Below are positions 29,173-37,495 of a stretch of 38,548 nucleotides of DNA, in pieces. The notes under the pieces are model-generated. The model was given only the letters and a program-made list of their open reading frames with translations. It searched no databases and was not told the origin of the DNA. Position 1 is the first letter of the stretch, and every line of letters begins with the position of its first letter. A program made the translations under genes and the position numbers. Source of the DNA: a virus (taxonomy: Duplodnaviria > Heunggongvirae > Uroviricota > Caudoviricetes); IMG/VR virus record IMGVR_UViG_2718217885_000011; one strand, written 5' to 3'.

Positions 29173-29361
29173 TCAGCTGATGACATCCATTGAGCGGTTG
29201 TATTCGTGGCTTCTGATTTTTGCCATGAGTTCATCAGTCAATTCAGAAACCCACTGCAGAGCCAGCCCCTTCTCTTCATCACTACACTCACTAGCCGCTA
29301 CAAGCTTAAGAAAAAAATCAATGCGCTGGAGCTTCAAAGACTCCAAAAAATAGTCCTGCAT
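29173..29361 (-). CDS. small hypothetical protein (62 aa), first gene of SOS-box operon
   Basis: ATG with AGGAGG SD; LexA box about 45 bp upstream. Confidence 0.55.
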   Translation of the reverse strand: MQDYFLESLKLQRIDFFLKLVAASECSDEEKGLALQWVSELTDELMAKIRSHEYNRSMDVIS

Positions 29362-29403
29362 CTTTCCTCCTATGACACCAAAACAATACTGTATAAATAA
29401 CCA

Positions 29404-29419
29404 CTGTTTATATTTACAG
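29404..29419. promoter_or_regulatory. LexA (SOS) box CTGT-N8-ACAG
   Basis: aCTGTttatatttACAGta matches the consensus taCTGTatatatataCAGta at all conserved positions. Confidence 0.6.
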
Positions 29420-29513
29420 TATATAATAATCTTACTGATGTAAAACGTTTTTTTACGTTCATCGGCCTGATATGCCTGGTATTATTAAGAGCACGAATTG
29501 TCAACCCGCGTAA

Positions 29514-31928
29514 TTAATACAGGTTCCGCCACTTATCATCTTCCTTCAGACGCTGGTTCCGATAGAAGATACGCAGGCCTGCTCCTGACGGAATACTGCC
29601 GCCGCGAAGGAGCAAATCGACTTCTTTCTCGCTGCCATCAAATCCCCTGGACTTCAGTTCATAGACGAGCTGCTGTCGCTGATGGTCTGTAATTCGCTGT
29701 TTGTAGTCTTTACGCCGTTTCGGTTTCACCTGGCGTAACCTTGCAGCCAGTTCCCGGCGCTCTTTTTTGCTCATACTGTGCAGGTAATTGTGCAACTCCT
29801 TGTCATTCATACGGGTAATATCCGTTCTGGAGTCCCCATCAGCTGATTTGTCTTTCCCTTGCTGGTTCAAATTTTCAGCAAGGGGACAGTTATTGCCACG
29901 AGTCCAAGGGGCGCAAGCGCCCTGGTCGGCTGCCGCCTCCTGAACGTCAACGGCCTTACGAACCATTTTCCACTTCACTGCATGAGTGCAGATCTTGCCC
30001 TCTGCAATGGGTGACCAGATGCCATAAATACGAATGCCGTGATCGCCATAGGCGGTCGGCTCTTCGTTGATTTCATAAGCGGTTCTGATGAGGTGATATT
30101 TGCGGGGAACCAGTACGCCGCCCTGCTTCATGATGTAGGTGGCAAAACAACCAGCATCAGCAGCAGCCAGGATGGCATCAAGGCGTGGGTTATCCAGTAC
30201 CGGCGCACCTGCTTTTTTGTCCCCCTGTTGCCTTGCCGCCTGACCAGCCAGCAATCGCAGTTCACGGTAAGCCTGACGCCCCGGAATGCCAAAGAAGCGG
30301 AATTGCTGAACACGATGCAGAGACGCCCAGGCATTAACGTATTCAGCGTTATCACGCAGGGATTTACCCGTTTCCTTGCTGATCTCGCCAGCCAGACCAC
30401 GCCCGTCAATGTTCTTACTGATGTATTTCGCGATGTAGCTTGTTGGCGTACCTTTGCGCGGGTTTATCAGCTCAGACTTAAAGCGTGGTCCTGTGTTATT
30501 ACCCAGCTCCTCGCGGTCTTCACGAATGGCAAACTTACGCAACAAAGCAGTAATGGCGCGGCGATCTTTTTTGCGCATAAAACACAACAGGTGCCAGTGA
30601 ACTGTACCGTCATGATGCGGCTCAGCCACCCGCACGCCATACCAGCGCAATCCGGCTTTGTACATCGCCTTACGAAATGCAGCAAACATGCCGACCAGAT
30701 AATCACTGCTTTGTCTTACCGTCGCATTTGTCCAGGTCGGGTTGGGCCTGCCGTTATTTAGCGTGGAATGGAAACGTGACGGACAGGTGATGGTGTAGAA
30801 AACGGCGCAGTCGCCACGCATTTCCGCGATAAGCTCCAGACCTTTAACACAGGCCATCATCTCATTGCGGCGATGCGCAGGGTTGCTGCTGCTGGCGTTT
30901 ACCACATCCTCCATGTCCAGAGTGTCGCCGTCTTCGTTCACCAGTTCATGAGAACGGAAAAACTCCAGCGACTTACGGCGCTGCTCACGTTTATGCATCA
31001 CGGCTTCATAGCTGACATAGGGAGATGCTTTTTTGCTGACAAGGCAGACAGCACGCAACTGCTCTTCCCGCCATTCGCAACGCATCTTCCATAATTTCCG
31101 ATACCACCAGTCGGCGCACAACATACGCGCCAGCGAACCCGGAATGAGTTCATAGGGCACGGGTTTACGGCGGTTTCTTTTCCGACGGAGTTGCTCAAAC
31201 GCAGGCGGGATGACATCCAGACGCACGGTTTCCGCTGCCACCTTTTCCCATGTCTTGCGGATTTCTGCTGGCTTAACGTCATCGGTGGCATACAAATCGC
31301 CACAAGCTGCATCAAGGCACATGCTCATATGCGCAGCTACCAGGGTGGACAGGCGTTTCACCTGATCCTGACTCATTTCAGGCAGGATCAGCAGGCCGTC
31401 CAGCCCTTCATGGCTTGCCATAAAGCGAAAAGAAGTGGATAGCTGACTGTCGCGTACATGCTCCAGTCGTTCAAGACATGGCTTAATCGTCTCACGCAAA
31501 TAGCGGAAATAAGCCTTTGGCCTGCCCAGGCTGCTGAAGTATTCAATACGTTGCATCAGCGGCTTGCTGATGTGGGAAGGCTGGGCATTGACGTCCGCCA
31601 GAATGACCATTTCTGGATTAAAACGCTGCTGCTCATGCGCCAGCTTTGCCCGGCTAATGAGCTTATCCTGCTCCATTCCGCGTTGGACAGGATCACGGGA
31701 TTCATTAAAGAAATAACGCTCCCAGACCTGCTCACTCAGTGCCTCGTGGCGCAGTTGTTCCTGCTCGTTATCGGCAGCGTACAGAGTGATCAGGTTTGAA
31801 AGTGCAGACTCCGGCGCAACTTCCGCCGGGTCCAGATAAGGGTTAATGGCCTTTTTCGGGCCGTTCCATGAAAATGATGCAGCGGCCTCGTTAAAGCCGC
31901 TAGAGTTGCTCATATCGTCATAACTCAT
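29514..31928 (-). CDS. replication initiation protein A (rolling-circle HUH endonuclease)
   Basis: 804-aa ORF with HWHLLCF (HUH) and YIAKYISK (catalytic Tyr) motifs as in P2 gpA. Confidence 0.9.
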   Translation of the reverse strand: MSYDDMSNSSGFNEAAASFSWNGPKKAINPYLDPAEVAPESALSNLITLYAADNEQEQLRHEALSEQVWERYFFNESRDPVQRGMEQDKLISRAKLAHEQQRFNPEMVILADVNAQPSHISKPLMQRIEYFSSLGRPKAYFRYLRETIKPCLERLEHVRDSQLSTSFRFMASHEGLDGLLILPEMSQDQVKRLSTLVAAHMSMCLDAACGDLYATDDVKPAEIRKTWEKVAAETVRLDVIPPAFEQLRRKRNRRKPVPYELIPGSLARMLCADWWYRKLWKMRCEWREEQLRAVCLVSKKASPYVSYEAVMHKREQRRKSLEFFRSHELVNEDGDTLDMEDVVNASSSNPAHRRNEMMACVKGLELIAEMRGDCAVFYTITCPSRFHSTLNNGRPNPTWTNATVRQSSDYLVGMFAAFRKAMYKAGLRWYGVRVAEPHHDGTVHWHLLCFMRKKDRRAITALLRKFAIREDREELGNNTGPRFKSELINPRKGTPTSYIAKYISKNIDGRGLAGEISKETGKSLRDNAEYVNAWASLHRVQQFRFFGIPGRQAYRELRLLAGQAARQQGDKKAGAPVLDNPRLDAILAAADAGCFATYIMKQGGVLVPRKYHLIRTAYEINEEPTAYGDHGIRIYGIWSPIAEGKICTHAVKWKMVRKAVDVQEAAADQGACAPWTRGNNCPLAENLNQQGKDKSADGDSRTDITRMNDKELHNYLHSMSKKERRELAARLRQVKPKRRKDYKQRITDHQRQQLVYELKSRGFDGSEKEVDLLLRGGSIPSGAGLRIFYRNQRLKEDDKWRNLY

Positions 31929-32782
31929 ACACGCACCTCGTACACAGCAGAACTATCTACGCCACGCGAAGGATCAAATCCCACCCAGCAGCGCGCCCCG
32001 GAAACAGCAATGATTTCTGTTGCAGATTTACTCTCGCCAGCCGACACGCCGATGCTGCGTTTTGCCTTGATGTAGTGGTGAGTGAAATTGCGATACAGCG
32101 AACGAATCAGGGATGTGTCACTGTTAGAAACAATGACCGGATGACCTTCAGATGATCGATGTTCAAGAACGGATGCCAGGTGATACTGGTCATCTTCAGT
32201 GAAGCCATCAGTGTGATAGCCGGAAAACGTACCGTCATAAGGCGGATCGCAATACACCACATCCCCCACCTTCAACATCGCCAGCGTTTCATCAAAGCTG
32301 GCGCAGATAAACGTTGCCCGCTGGGCTTTCTCTGCAAATGCGCGAATTTCTTTTTCAGGGAAATACGGATTTTTATAATTACCGTAGGGAATGTTGAAAT
32401 ACCCGCTCTTGTTATAGCGACATAACCCACGGTAACCATGACGATTGAGATACAGAAAATATACCGCTTTCATGAAATCAGTAATTTCAGTGGAGTAATT
32501 AAACTCCTGCCTTATGTTGTAATAAGCCACCTCCCTGTTTGCTTCCTCAAATAAAGCTCTGGCACGAGATATAAACGCCTCACAATCAGCAGCAACCTTT
32601 TTATAGAGGTTGATTAAATCAGGATTAATATCCGCAACAAGATAGCTGGGGTAATCCGTCTCCATCATCACTGCACAGGAACCCGCGAAAGGTTCAACCA
32701 GTCGCGGGCCAGCAGGAAGATGCTTTTTCAGTTCGGACATTATGGCGGTTTTATTTCCCGCCCATTTCAGGATGGTGCTCAT
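31925..32782 (-). CDS. dam: DNA adenine methyltransferase (Dam family, N6-adenine)
   Basis: [17 protein letters not shown] and DPPY motifs; collinear with E. coli Dam throughout; start at [11 protein letters not shown] overlapping upstream stop; ORF track extends to 32842. Confidence 0.9.
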   Translation of the reverse strand: MSTILKWAGNKTAIMSELKKHLPAGPRLVEPFAGSCAVMMETDYPSYLVADINPDLINLYKKVAADCEAFISRARALFEEANREVAYYNIRQEFNYSTEITDFMKAVYFLYLNRHGYRGLCRYNKSGYFNIPYGNYKNPYFPEKEIRAFAEKAQRATFICASFDETLAMLKVGDVVYCDPPYDGTFSGYHTDGFTEDDQYHLASVLEHRSSEGHPVIVSNSDTSLIRSLYRNFTHHYIKAKRSIGVSAGESKSATEIIAVSGARCWVGFDPSRGVDSSAVYEVRV

Positions 32783-33006
32783 ACAGCACCTCCGTTGTAA
32801 TGTTTGCCTTTCAGCTCTGCGATTTCCTGACAGGTAATGCAAAGCTGCACACCCGGAATGGCACGACGGCGTGCTGGCGGAATTGGCGCTTCACACTCAA
32901 CGCAAAGCACGCGGGACACGCCCGGCGTTTTGGCACGGGCAGCACGGATATGACGTTGGCGTTCTTCTTCAACTCGCTGCTGTACGAGATCCATTGCATC
33001 AGCCAT
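32779..33006 (-). CDS. TraR/DksA-family C4 zinc-finger protein
   Basis: CVECEAPIPPARRRAIPGVQLCITCQE four-Cys motif, 75 aa. Confidence 0.75.
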   Translation of the reverse strand: MADAMDLVQQRVEEERQRHIRAARAKTPGVSRVLCVECEAPIPPARRRAIPGVQLCITCQEIAELKGKHYNGGAV

Positions 33007-33245
33007 CAGTGGATCTCCTGCGCTTCGTTCTGGATTGCTTCAGCAGTCACACGCAGCAGTTCTGCCGCTTCGACGTGGTTTAACTGGCGGGATGTGATAT
33101 GACACGCCAGGCGATCAAGGCGAGCTGCCATTGCTTCAGCCCTTGCCCGGCGTTCTTCCAGACGAGCCTCTGTCAGTAAAATATTAAGCCCTGCATCATC
33201 CGGTCCGGTTTTAGTCGTGAGGGTATCAATATTACGCATAATCAA
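33006..33245 (-). CDS. hypothetical early protein (79 aa)
   Basis: ORF in the early leftward operon, translationally coupled to the downstream gene. Confidence 0.5.
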   Translation of the reverse strand: MIMRNIDTLTTKTGPDDAGLNILLTEARLEERRARAEAMAARLDRLACHITSRQLNHVEAAELLRVTAEAIQNEAQEIH

Positions 33246-33306
33246 TTCTCCTGAATTTAGATAAAGGGATGCCCGGCGGGTTTACGCCATTAATTTCATT
33301 AGTTGG

Positions 33307-33648
33307 TTAATTCGGCATGGTTAGCCGTCTGGGAAATAAGCTCACCACTGCACGAAAATGATTCATTGCTTTAATCAGCTCCCGCTTTTCGTCAGTGGTC
33401 AGCTCATTAATGCTGATGCTATGACGTTCAGCTGGAATTTTTGCCATAAAGAATATGGCAGCCAGTGCCCGTTTATTTTGTTCATTATTGATATCCCGTG
33501 GATCACGCATATCTTTAATAAACCGCTCAAGCTCTGACTCAATATTCAGGCCAAAAACTTTCGCCCTTAACTCCGCAATATGATTAAGTCCATTCAGGCG
33601 TTCACCGGGGCTTAATGGAACAGTCGCCGCAGCGCCTTCAATAGCCAT
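33307..33648 (-). CDS. hypothetical early protein (113 aa)
   Basis: ORF in the early operon; start uncertain. Confidence 0.5.
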   Translation of the reverse strand: MAIEGAAATVPLSPGERLNGLNHIAELRAKVFGLNIESELERFIKDMRDPRDINNEQNKRALAAIFFMAKIPAERHSISINELTTDEKRELIKAMNHFRAVVSLFPRRLTMPN

Positions 33649-33812
33649 TGGTTCCCCCGTTTTTTCGTTGATAGTTCTGCCAGCAATTCATCTTGTGAAC
33701 GGCACGGATGCCAGCGTTTACCATCCTCACCCATGATCCAGCCGTGACCGTAGTGCATTGCCGGGCTTTGTTTTACCAGCAGCGATGCAAATGATGGTTC
33801 TTTCGTCAGCAT
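33612..33812 (-). CDS. hypothetical early protein downstream of cII (position of 186 fil)
   Basis: ORF 33612..33842 in track; internal Met preferred to avoid overlap with cII; assignment by position only. Confidence 0.4.
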   Translation of the reverse strand: MLTKEPSFASLLVKQSPAMHYGHGWIMGEDGKRWHPCRSQDELLAELSTKKRGNQWLLKALRRLFH

Positions 33813-33819
33813 AAGCACC

Positions 33820-34329
33820 TCACAGCAAACCAAATGAAGCACCGAGGCCAGTCACGGTATCAACTGCACTCGCCATCGCAGGGTTAGCCTGTAAACGGGC
33901 CTGCAATGAAACAGCAGCCAACGCCATCAGTCGTGTTACAGAGTTAATGCTGCTGATAGCATCACGACGGCCTGCACTGGTTTTTACATCGCCAGACACC
34001 GCGCCTGCAGCTACACGCCCGATCTCTGCTGTTGCACTCATGACGTAATGCGGCAGTTTCTCTTTTGCCACCTCATTAATCGGAACACATGGCAGGCAGT
34101 GAATCTGTGCCAGAAAACCATCTACCAGTGTTGAGTCTTCTGTCAGATCAGTAAGCAACCAAATTTCTGGTGCGGTTAATAAATGAGGTTGAGCTGGATT
34201 CAGCTTGTTCCGCAGAATCTGCACATTCATACCTGCACGTTCTGCCAGTTGCACCAAGTTGTGGCGCAATGCAAATGCACGACAGGCTTCATCAAAATGT
34301 GGATGTTTGGAAACTTGGTAATCAAACAT
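33820..34329 (-). CDS. CII-like transcriptional activator (phage 186 CII family)
   Basis: [20 protein letters not shown]...[25 protein letters not shown] closely resembles 186 CII as recalled; start at internal Met, ORF track extends to 34383. Confidence 0.85.
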   Translation of the reverse strand: MFDYQVSKHPHFDEACRAFALRHNLVQLAERAGMNVQILRNKLNPAQPHLLTAPEIWLLTDLTEDSTLVDGFLAQIHCLPCVPINEVAKEKLPHYVMSATAEIGRVAAGAVSGDVKTSAGRRDAISSINSVTRLMALAAVSLQARLQANPAMASAVDTVTGLGASFGLL

Positions 34330-34361
34330 AGTCGACACTCCTGATGCATCCCAAAATGGAA

Positions 34362-34583
34362 CTAGTTGAATACAACATTGCAATCAGCAAGTGCATCAAC
34401 GGTAAGAGCAGCAAGGTTGATCATTACCTTTTCTCTTTTCTTGTCTTTCCGAAGGCGATGGCGAGGGATACGACCATCAGCCAGCATATCGTTGATGGTG
34501 TCGATAGAAAGACCAGTAAGTTCGCTATAACGCTCAATTGTGACGTGTGGCGTATTCAGAGTTATTGAAATGTTAGGGGTCAT
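34362..34583 (-). CDS. Apl/Cox-like excisionase and repressor of lysogenic promoter
   Basis: 73-aa HTH protein, first gene of the operon divergent/convergent with cI. Confidence 0.7.
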   Translation of the reverse strand: MTPNISITLNTPHVTIERYSELTGLSIDTINDMLADGRIPRHRLRKDKKREKVMINLAALTVDALADCNVVFN

Positions 34584-34670
34584 GATGCAACATCTCCTAT
34601 TGGCTTGTGGTGAGCCGGTATTAATCGTGACAAAACATCACAAAACGGAGAATAGGTTCACATAAAGAAT
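34584..34670. promoter_or_regulatory. immunity switch region (lytic and lysogenic promoters, operators)
   Basis: 87-bp AT-rich interval between apl and cI starts; repeated acaaaac and cctatt/aatagg inverted elements. Confidence 0.45.
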
Positions 34671-35609
34671 ATGTCAACTCAAAAAATCACATTTCGCCAT
34701 ATTGAAGATAGTCTGAAAGCTATGGTCATGCAGAATCGTGGAGGGCAAAAAGTCATTGAGAGGATACTCAAGGCCTATGGTTTCAAATCACGCCAAGCCT
34801 TCTGTAAGCATCTTGGTATTTCACAAAGCACAATGGCTAATAGATATGCACGCGATACCTTCCCTGCTGATTGGGTTGTTATATGTTCAATGGAAACTGG
34901 CGCATCCCTAGAATGGCTGGCCTTTGGTTCTAACAATGCAGAAGAAAGTTTCCCCCCTTATGTGGAACAACATGATGAAACAGTCCCACATGAGGGGTTT
35001 AACAGCAACGCTCATCAATCATCCTTTAAGCGCCGCATTGAGAATCACATTGAGCTTACTAACGGAGGAAAAGCCGCGATAGAGAGGATTGTTAATGCTT
35101 ACGGGTTTAAAACCCGCCAAGCCTTAGCCGACCACCTTGGTATTTCAAAAAGCACATTAGCCACACGATACATGCGAGATTCTTTCCCTGCGGATTGGGT
35201 GATTAAATGCGCATTAGAAACCAAAGCGGATCTCGCCTGGCTAGTTACAGGAATCGAAACACCAAATAGTTCACAAGAAGAAAACACTGTAATTTTAAAT
35301 AAGTTCAATTTGGTCAATGGCGTGCTTGTCGAGTCAGGTTTTTTATCCATGGATCGGTGTCTACTTCCGAAGCAAGAAACTAGCAGCTTGATGTTTGTAA
35401 GCAATGGAGAAAAACATGTCATATGTGATAAAGAATTTCACCTAATTAGAGATGGAAAATGGTTAGTAGGAATTGACAATGAGTTATCTTTAAAAGAGTT
35501 AACTCGTTTACCTAAGAACAAAATTCTTGTTTCTGGTGGGAGTAAGGATTTTGAGTGTTCCATTGAGGATATTCAAATTATAGCCAGCATTATCTTAACA
35601 ATACAATAA
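34671..35609 (+). CDS. CI-type immunity repressor (186 CI family) with tandem duplicated N-terminal HTH domain
   Basis: two ~65-aa repeats (IERILKAYGFKSRQAFCKHLGISQSTMANRYARDTFPADW... / IERIVNAYGFKTRQALADHLGISKSTLATRYMRDSFPADW...) plus a C-terminal domain resembling 186 CI. Confidence 0.8.
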   Translation: MSTQKITFRHIEDSLKAMVMQNRGGQKVIERILKAYGFKSRQAFCKHLGISQSTMANRYARDTFPADWVVICSMETGASLEWLAFGSNNAEESFPPYVEQHDETVPHEGFNSNAHQSSFKRRIENHIELTNGGKAAIERIVNAYGFKTRQALADHLGISKSTLATRYMRDSFPADWVIKCALETKADLAWLVTGIETPNSSQEENTVILNKFNLVNGVLVESGFLSMDRCLLPKQETSSLMFVSNGEKHVICDKEFHLIRDGKWLVGIDNELSLKELTRLPKNKILVSGGSKDFECSIEDIQIIASIILTIQ

Positions 35610-35652
35610 CATTGCAGACATTACTTTTAAATACTTACTGGAGGAGTCTAAA

Positions 35653-37422
35653 ATGAATCATCATCTTTCAAAGATTTCTATAAAAAACTTTAGATCTTGC
35701 AAAGATATTGATATCAATTTTTCTTCATTCACGCCTTTAATCGGTTACAACAATGCTGGTAAGTCAACGATTTTAAATGCTATTGAATGGCTTTTTAAGA
35801 AAAAACTTTTGTCCTCTGATGATTATACTAATCCAGATAACCCTATAGAAGTTATAGGTACAGTTAAGGGTATTACTGAAGATATTTTGTCAGCTTTAAC
35901 AGAAGAAAACAGAACTAGAATTTCACCCTACATTATTGATGGGGTATTGATATTTAAGCGTCAACAGACTGTTGGTGCTCAAAGTGCAAAAGACGTCAGA
36001 TTATTAATTAAAAACCCAGAAAATAACGAATTCAGGACATCACCAACGGGTATTGAGAATGCGATAAAAGCTTTATTTCCAGACCCAATACGTATAGGTG
36101 CAATGGAAAATGCAGCGGATGATTCTTCAAAATCAAAAACAGGAACTACAATAGGTAAGTTGCTGGCAGAATTGAGTTGCAAAATAGAAGAGAAGCACAC
36201 TCAAAGGATACTAAGCCATTTAAATGCCGTTAATAGAAGAATGACTGCAACCGGTAATAAACGAATATCGGACCTCAATGATATTGATGATTCAATAAGT
36301 AGTAAACTTGCTGATTTCTTCCTTGGGATAAGTTTAAAACTACACTTCGAACTCCCTGACTTCAAGGATATATTTAAATCTGGGACTGTAAAAGTATATG
36401 AAGATTCATTTCCCGGCATTGCTCGTGACTGTTCTTCTTATGGTCATGGCACACAGCGTTCGATTCAGATGTCTCTAATAAGACATTTAGCTGATATAAC
36501 CAACGGTGATGATATTAAAACAACTACTCTACTGTTAATAGATGAACCTGAGTTATATCTTCACCCATTTGCTATCGAACAAATTAGAGAATCTCTAAAA
36601 ACACTATCTCATCATGGATATCAAATAATTTTCTCTACCCATTCATCTCAAATGATTACCTCTGACTTAGCAAAAGACACTGTGTTAATCAGAAAAAACA
36701 GTCAGCGTGGCACTCATTGCAGATTAACATTAAAAGAAGCAGTCAATAAAGTAATCGAACAACGACCAGCACAAGCAACCCATTTATTTTCATTAACACA
36801 GTCTTCAAAAGTTTTGTTTGCTAACAATGTAATACTAACAGAAGGTAAAACAGAGACTACTCTGCTCCCATTTATTTTTAACAAAGTTAAAAATAAAACA
36901 TTAGGTCAGATGCAAATAGCACTAATTGAAACAGGGTCCGTTGAAAGTATATCTAAAACGATGCAAATTCTAAATTCAATGGATATACCTACAAAAGCAA
37001 TTGTTGATTTAGATTTTGCGTTCCGCGGTGCAATAAGGAACAACTTCTTAGAACATAATGACGAGGATATTTTACGACTAAAAGAAATCTTGAGAAGTAT
37101 GCATGCTAATGGAGAATGCACTCTCGATGGATCCGGTTTGCCTACAAAGGGTAGTAACACTACCGCAGCTGAAGCATTTGCTATTATGTCTCAAAAGCCC
37201 GGCGCCAGAGAATTTTTGTCATCATTAGCCGCAAAACTGAGAAATGCAAATATTTGGATTTGGCTAAATGGTTCGATAGAAAACCATTTGGGTCTTACAG
37301 AAAAAAATGAATCAGTATGGGCTGATTTCAAAACAAAAGCAGATACACAACCTCTTTCAGATATCTGTGCAGATTTCGAAAGTATTGAGGCTTTAGTCGA
37401 CTGGATTACCCCTGACGTATGA
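35653..37422 (+). CDS. OLD-family ATP-dependent endonuclease (ABC-type ATPase + TOPRIM), P2 Old-like class 1
   Basis: Walker A GYNNAGKST, Walker B LLLIDEPELYLHP, FSTHS, then TOPRIM-like VILTEGKTE and VDLDF; 589 aa (P2 Old ~586 aa); strong GGAGG SD. Confidence 0.85.
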   Translation: MNHHLSKISIKNFRSCKDIDINFSSFTPLIGYNNAGKSTILNAIEWLFKKKLLSSDDYTNPDNPIEVIGTVKGITEDILSALTEENRTRISPYIIDGVLIFKRQQTVGAQSAKDVRLLIKNPENNEFRTSPTGIENAIKALFPDPIRIGAMENAADDSSKSKTGTTIGKLLAELSCKIEEKHTQRILSHLNAVNRRMTATGNKRISDLNDIDDSISSKLADFFLGISLKLHFELPDFKDIFKSGTVKVYEDSFPGIARDCSSYGHGTQRSIQMSLIRHLADITNGDDIKTTTLLLIDEPELYLHPFAIEQIRESLKTLSHHGYQIIFSTHSSQMITSDLAKDTVLIRKNSQRGTHCRLTLKEAVNKVIEQRPAQATHLFSLTQSSKVLFANNVILTEGKTETTLLPFIFNKVKNKTLGQMQIALIETGSVESISKTMQILNSMDIPTKAIVDLDFAFRGAIRNNFLEHNDEDILRLKEILRSMHANGECTLDGSGLPTKGSNTTAAEAFAIMSQKPGAREFLSSLAAKLRNANIWIWLNGSIENHLGLTEKNESVWADFKTKADTQPLSDICADFESIEALVDWITPDV

Positions 37423-37470
37423 TTTAATATTTACATACATTGACCACTGGTCAAACATACAGTTAAATTT

Positions 37471-37495
37471 AGCCCTCTGACATGAGGGCTTTTTT
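37471..37495 (+). terminator. hairpin plus T-run immediately upstream of int start
   Basis: agccctc-tgacatg-agggct followed by TTTTT, ending 1 nt before the int ATG. Confidence 0.5.

Noticed and set aside
28929-29234. Reading the 62-aa ORF and the DinI-like ORF as one frameshifted tum pseudogene
   Set aside because: Each ORF has its own strong SD and the first stop lies 11 nt before the DinI-like ATG, which looks like a natural coupled two-gene arrangement; the question stays open under the SOS-box finding.
30039-30761. Plus-strand ORF of 240 aa and other short ORFs inside 29514..31928
   Set aside because: Antisense to replication gene A, which carries clear HUH and catalytic tyrosine motifs.
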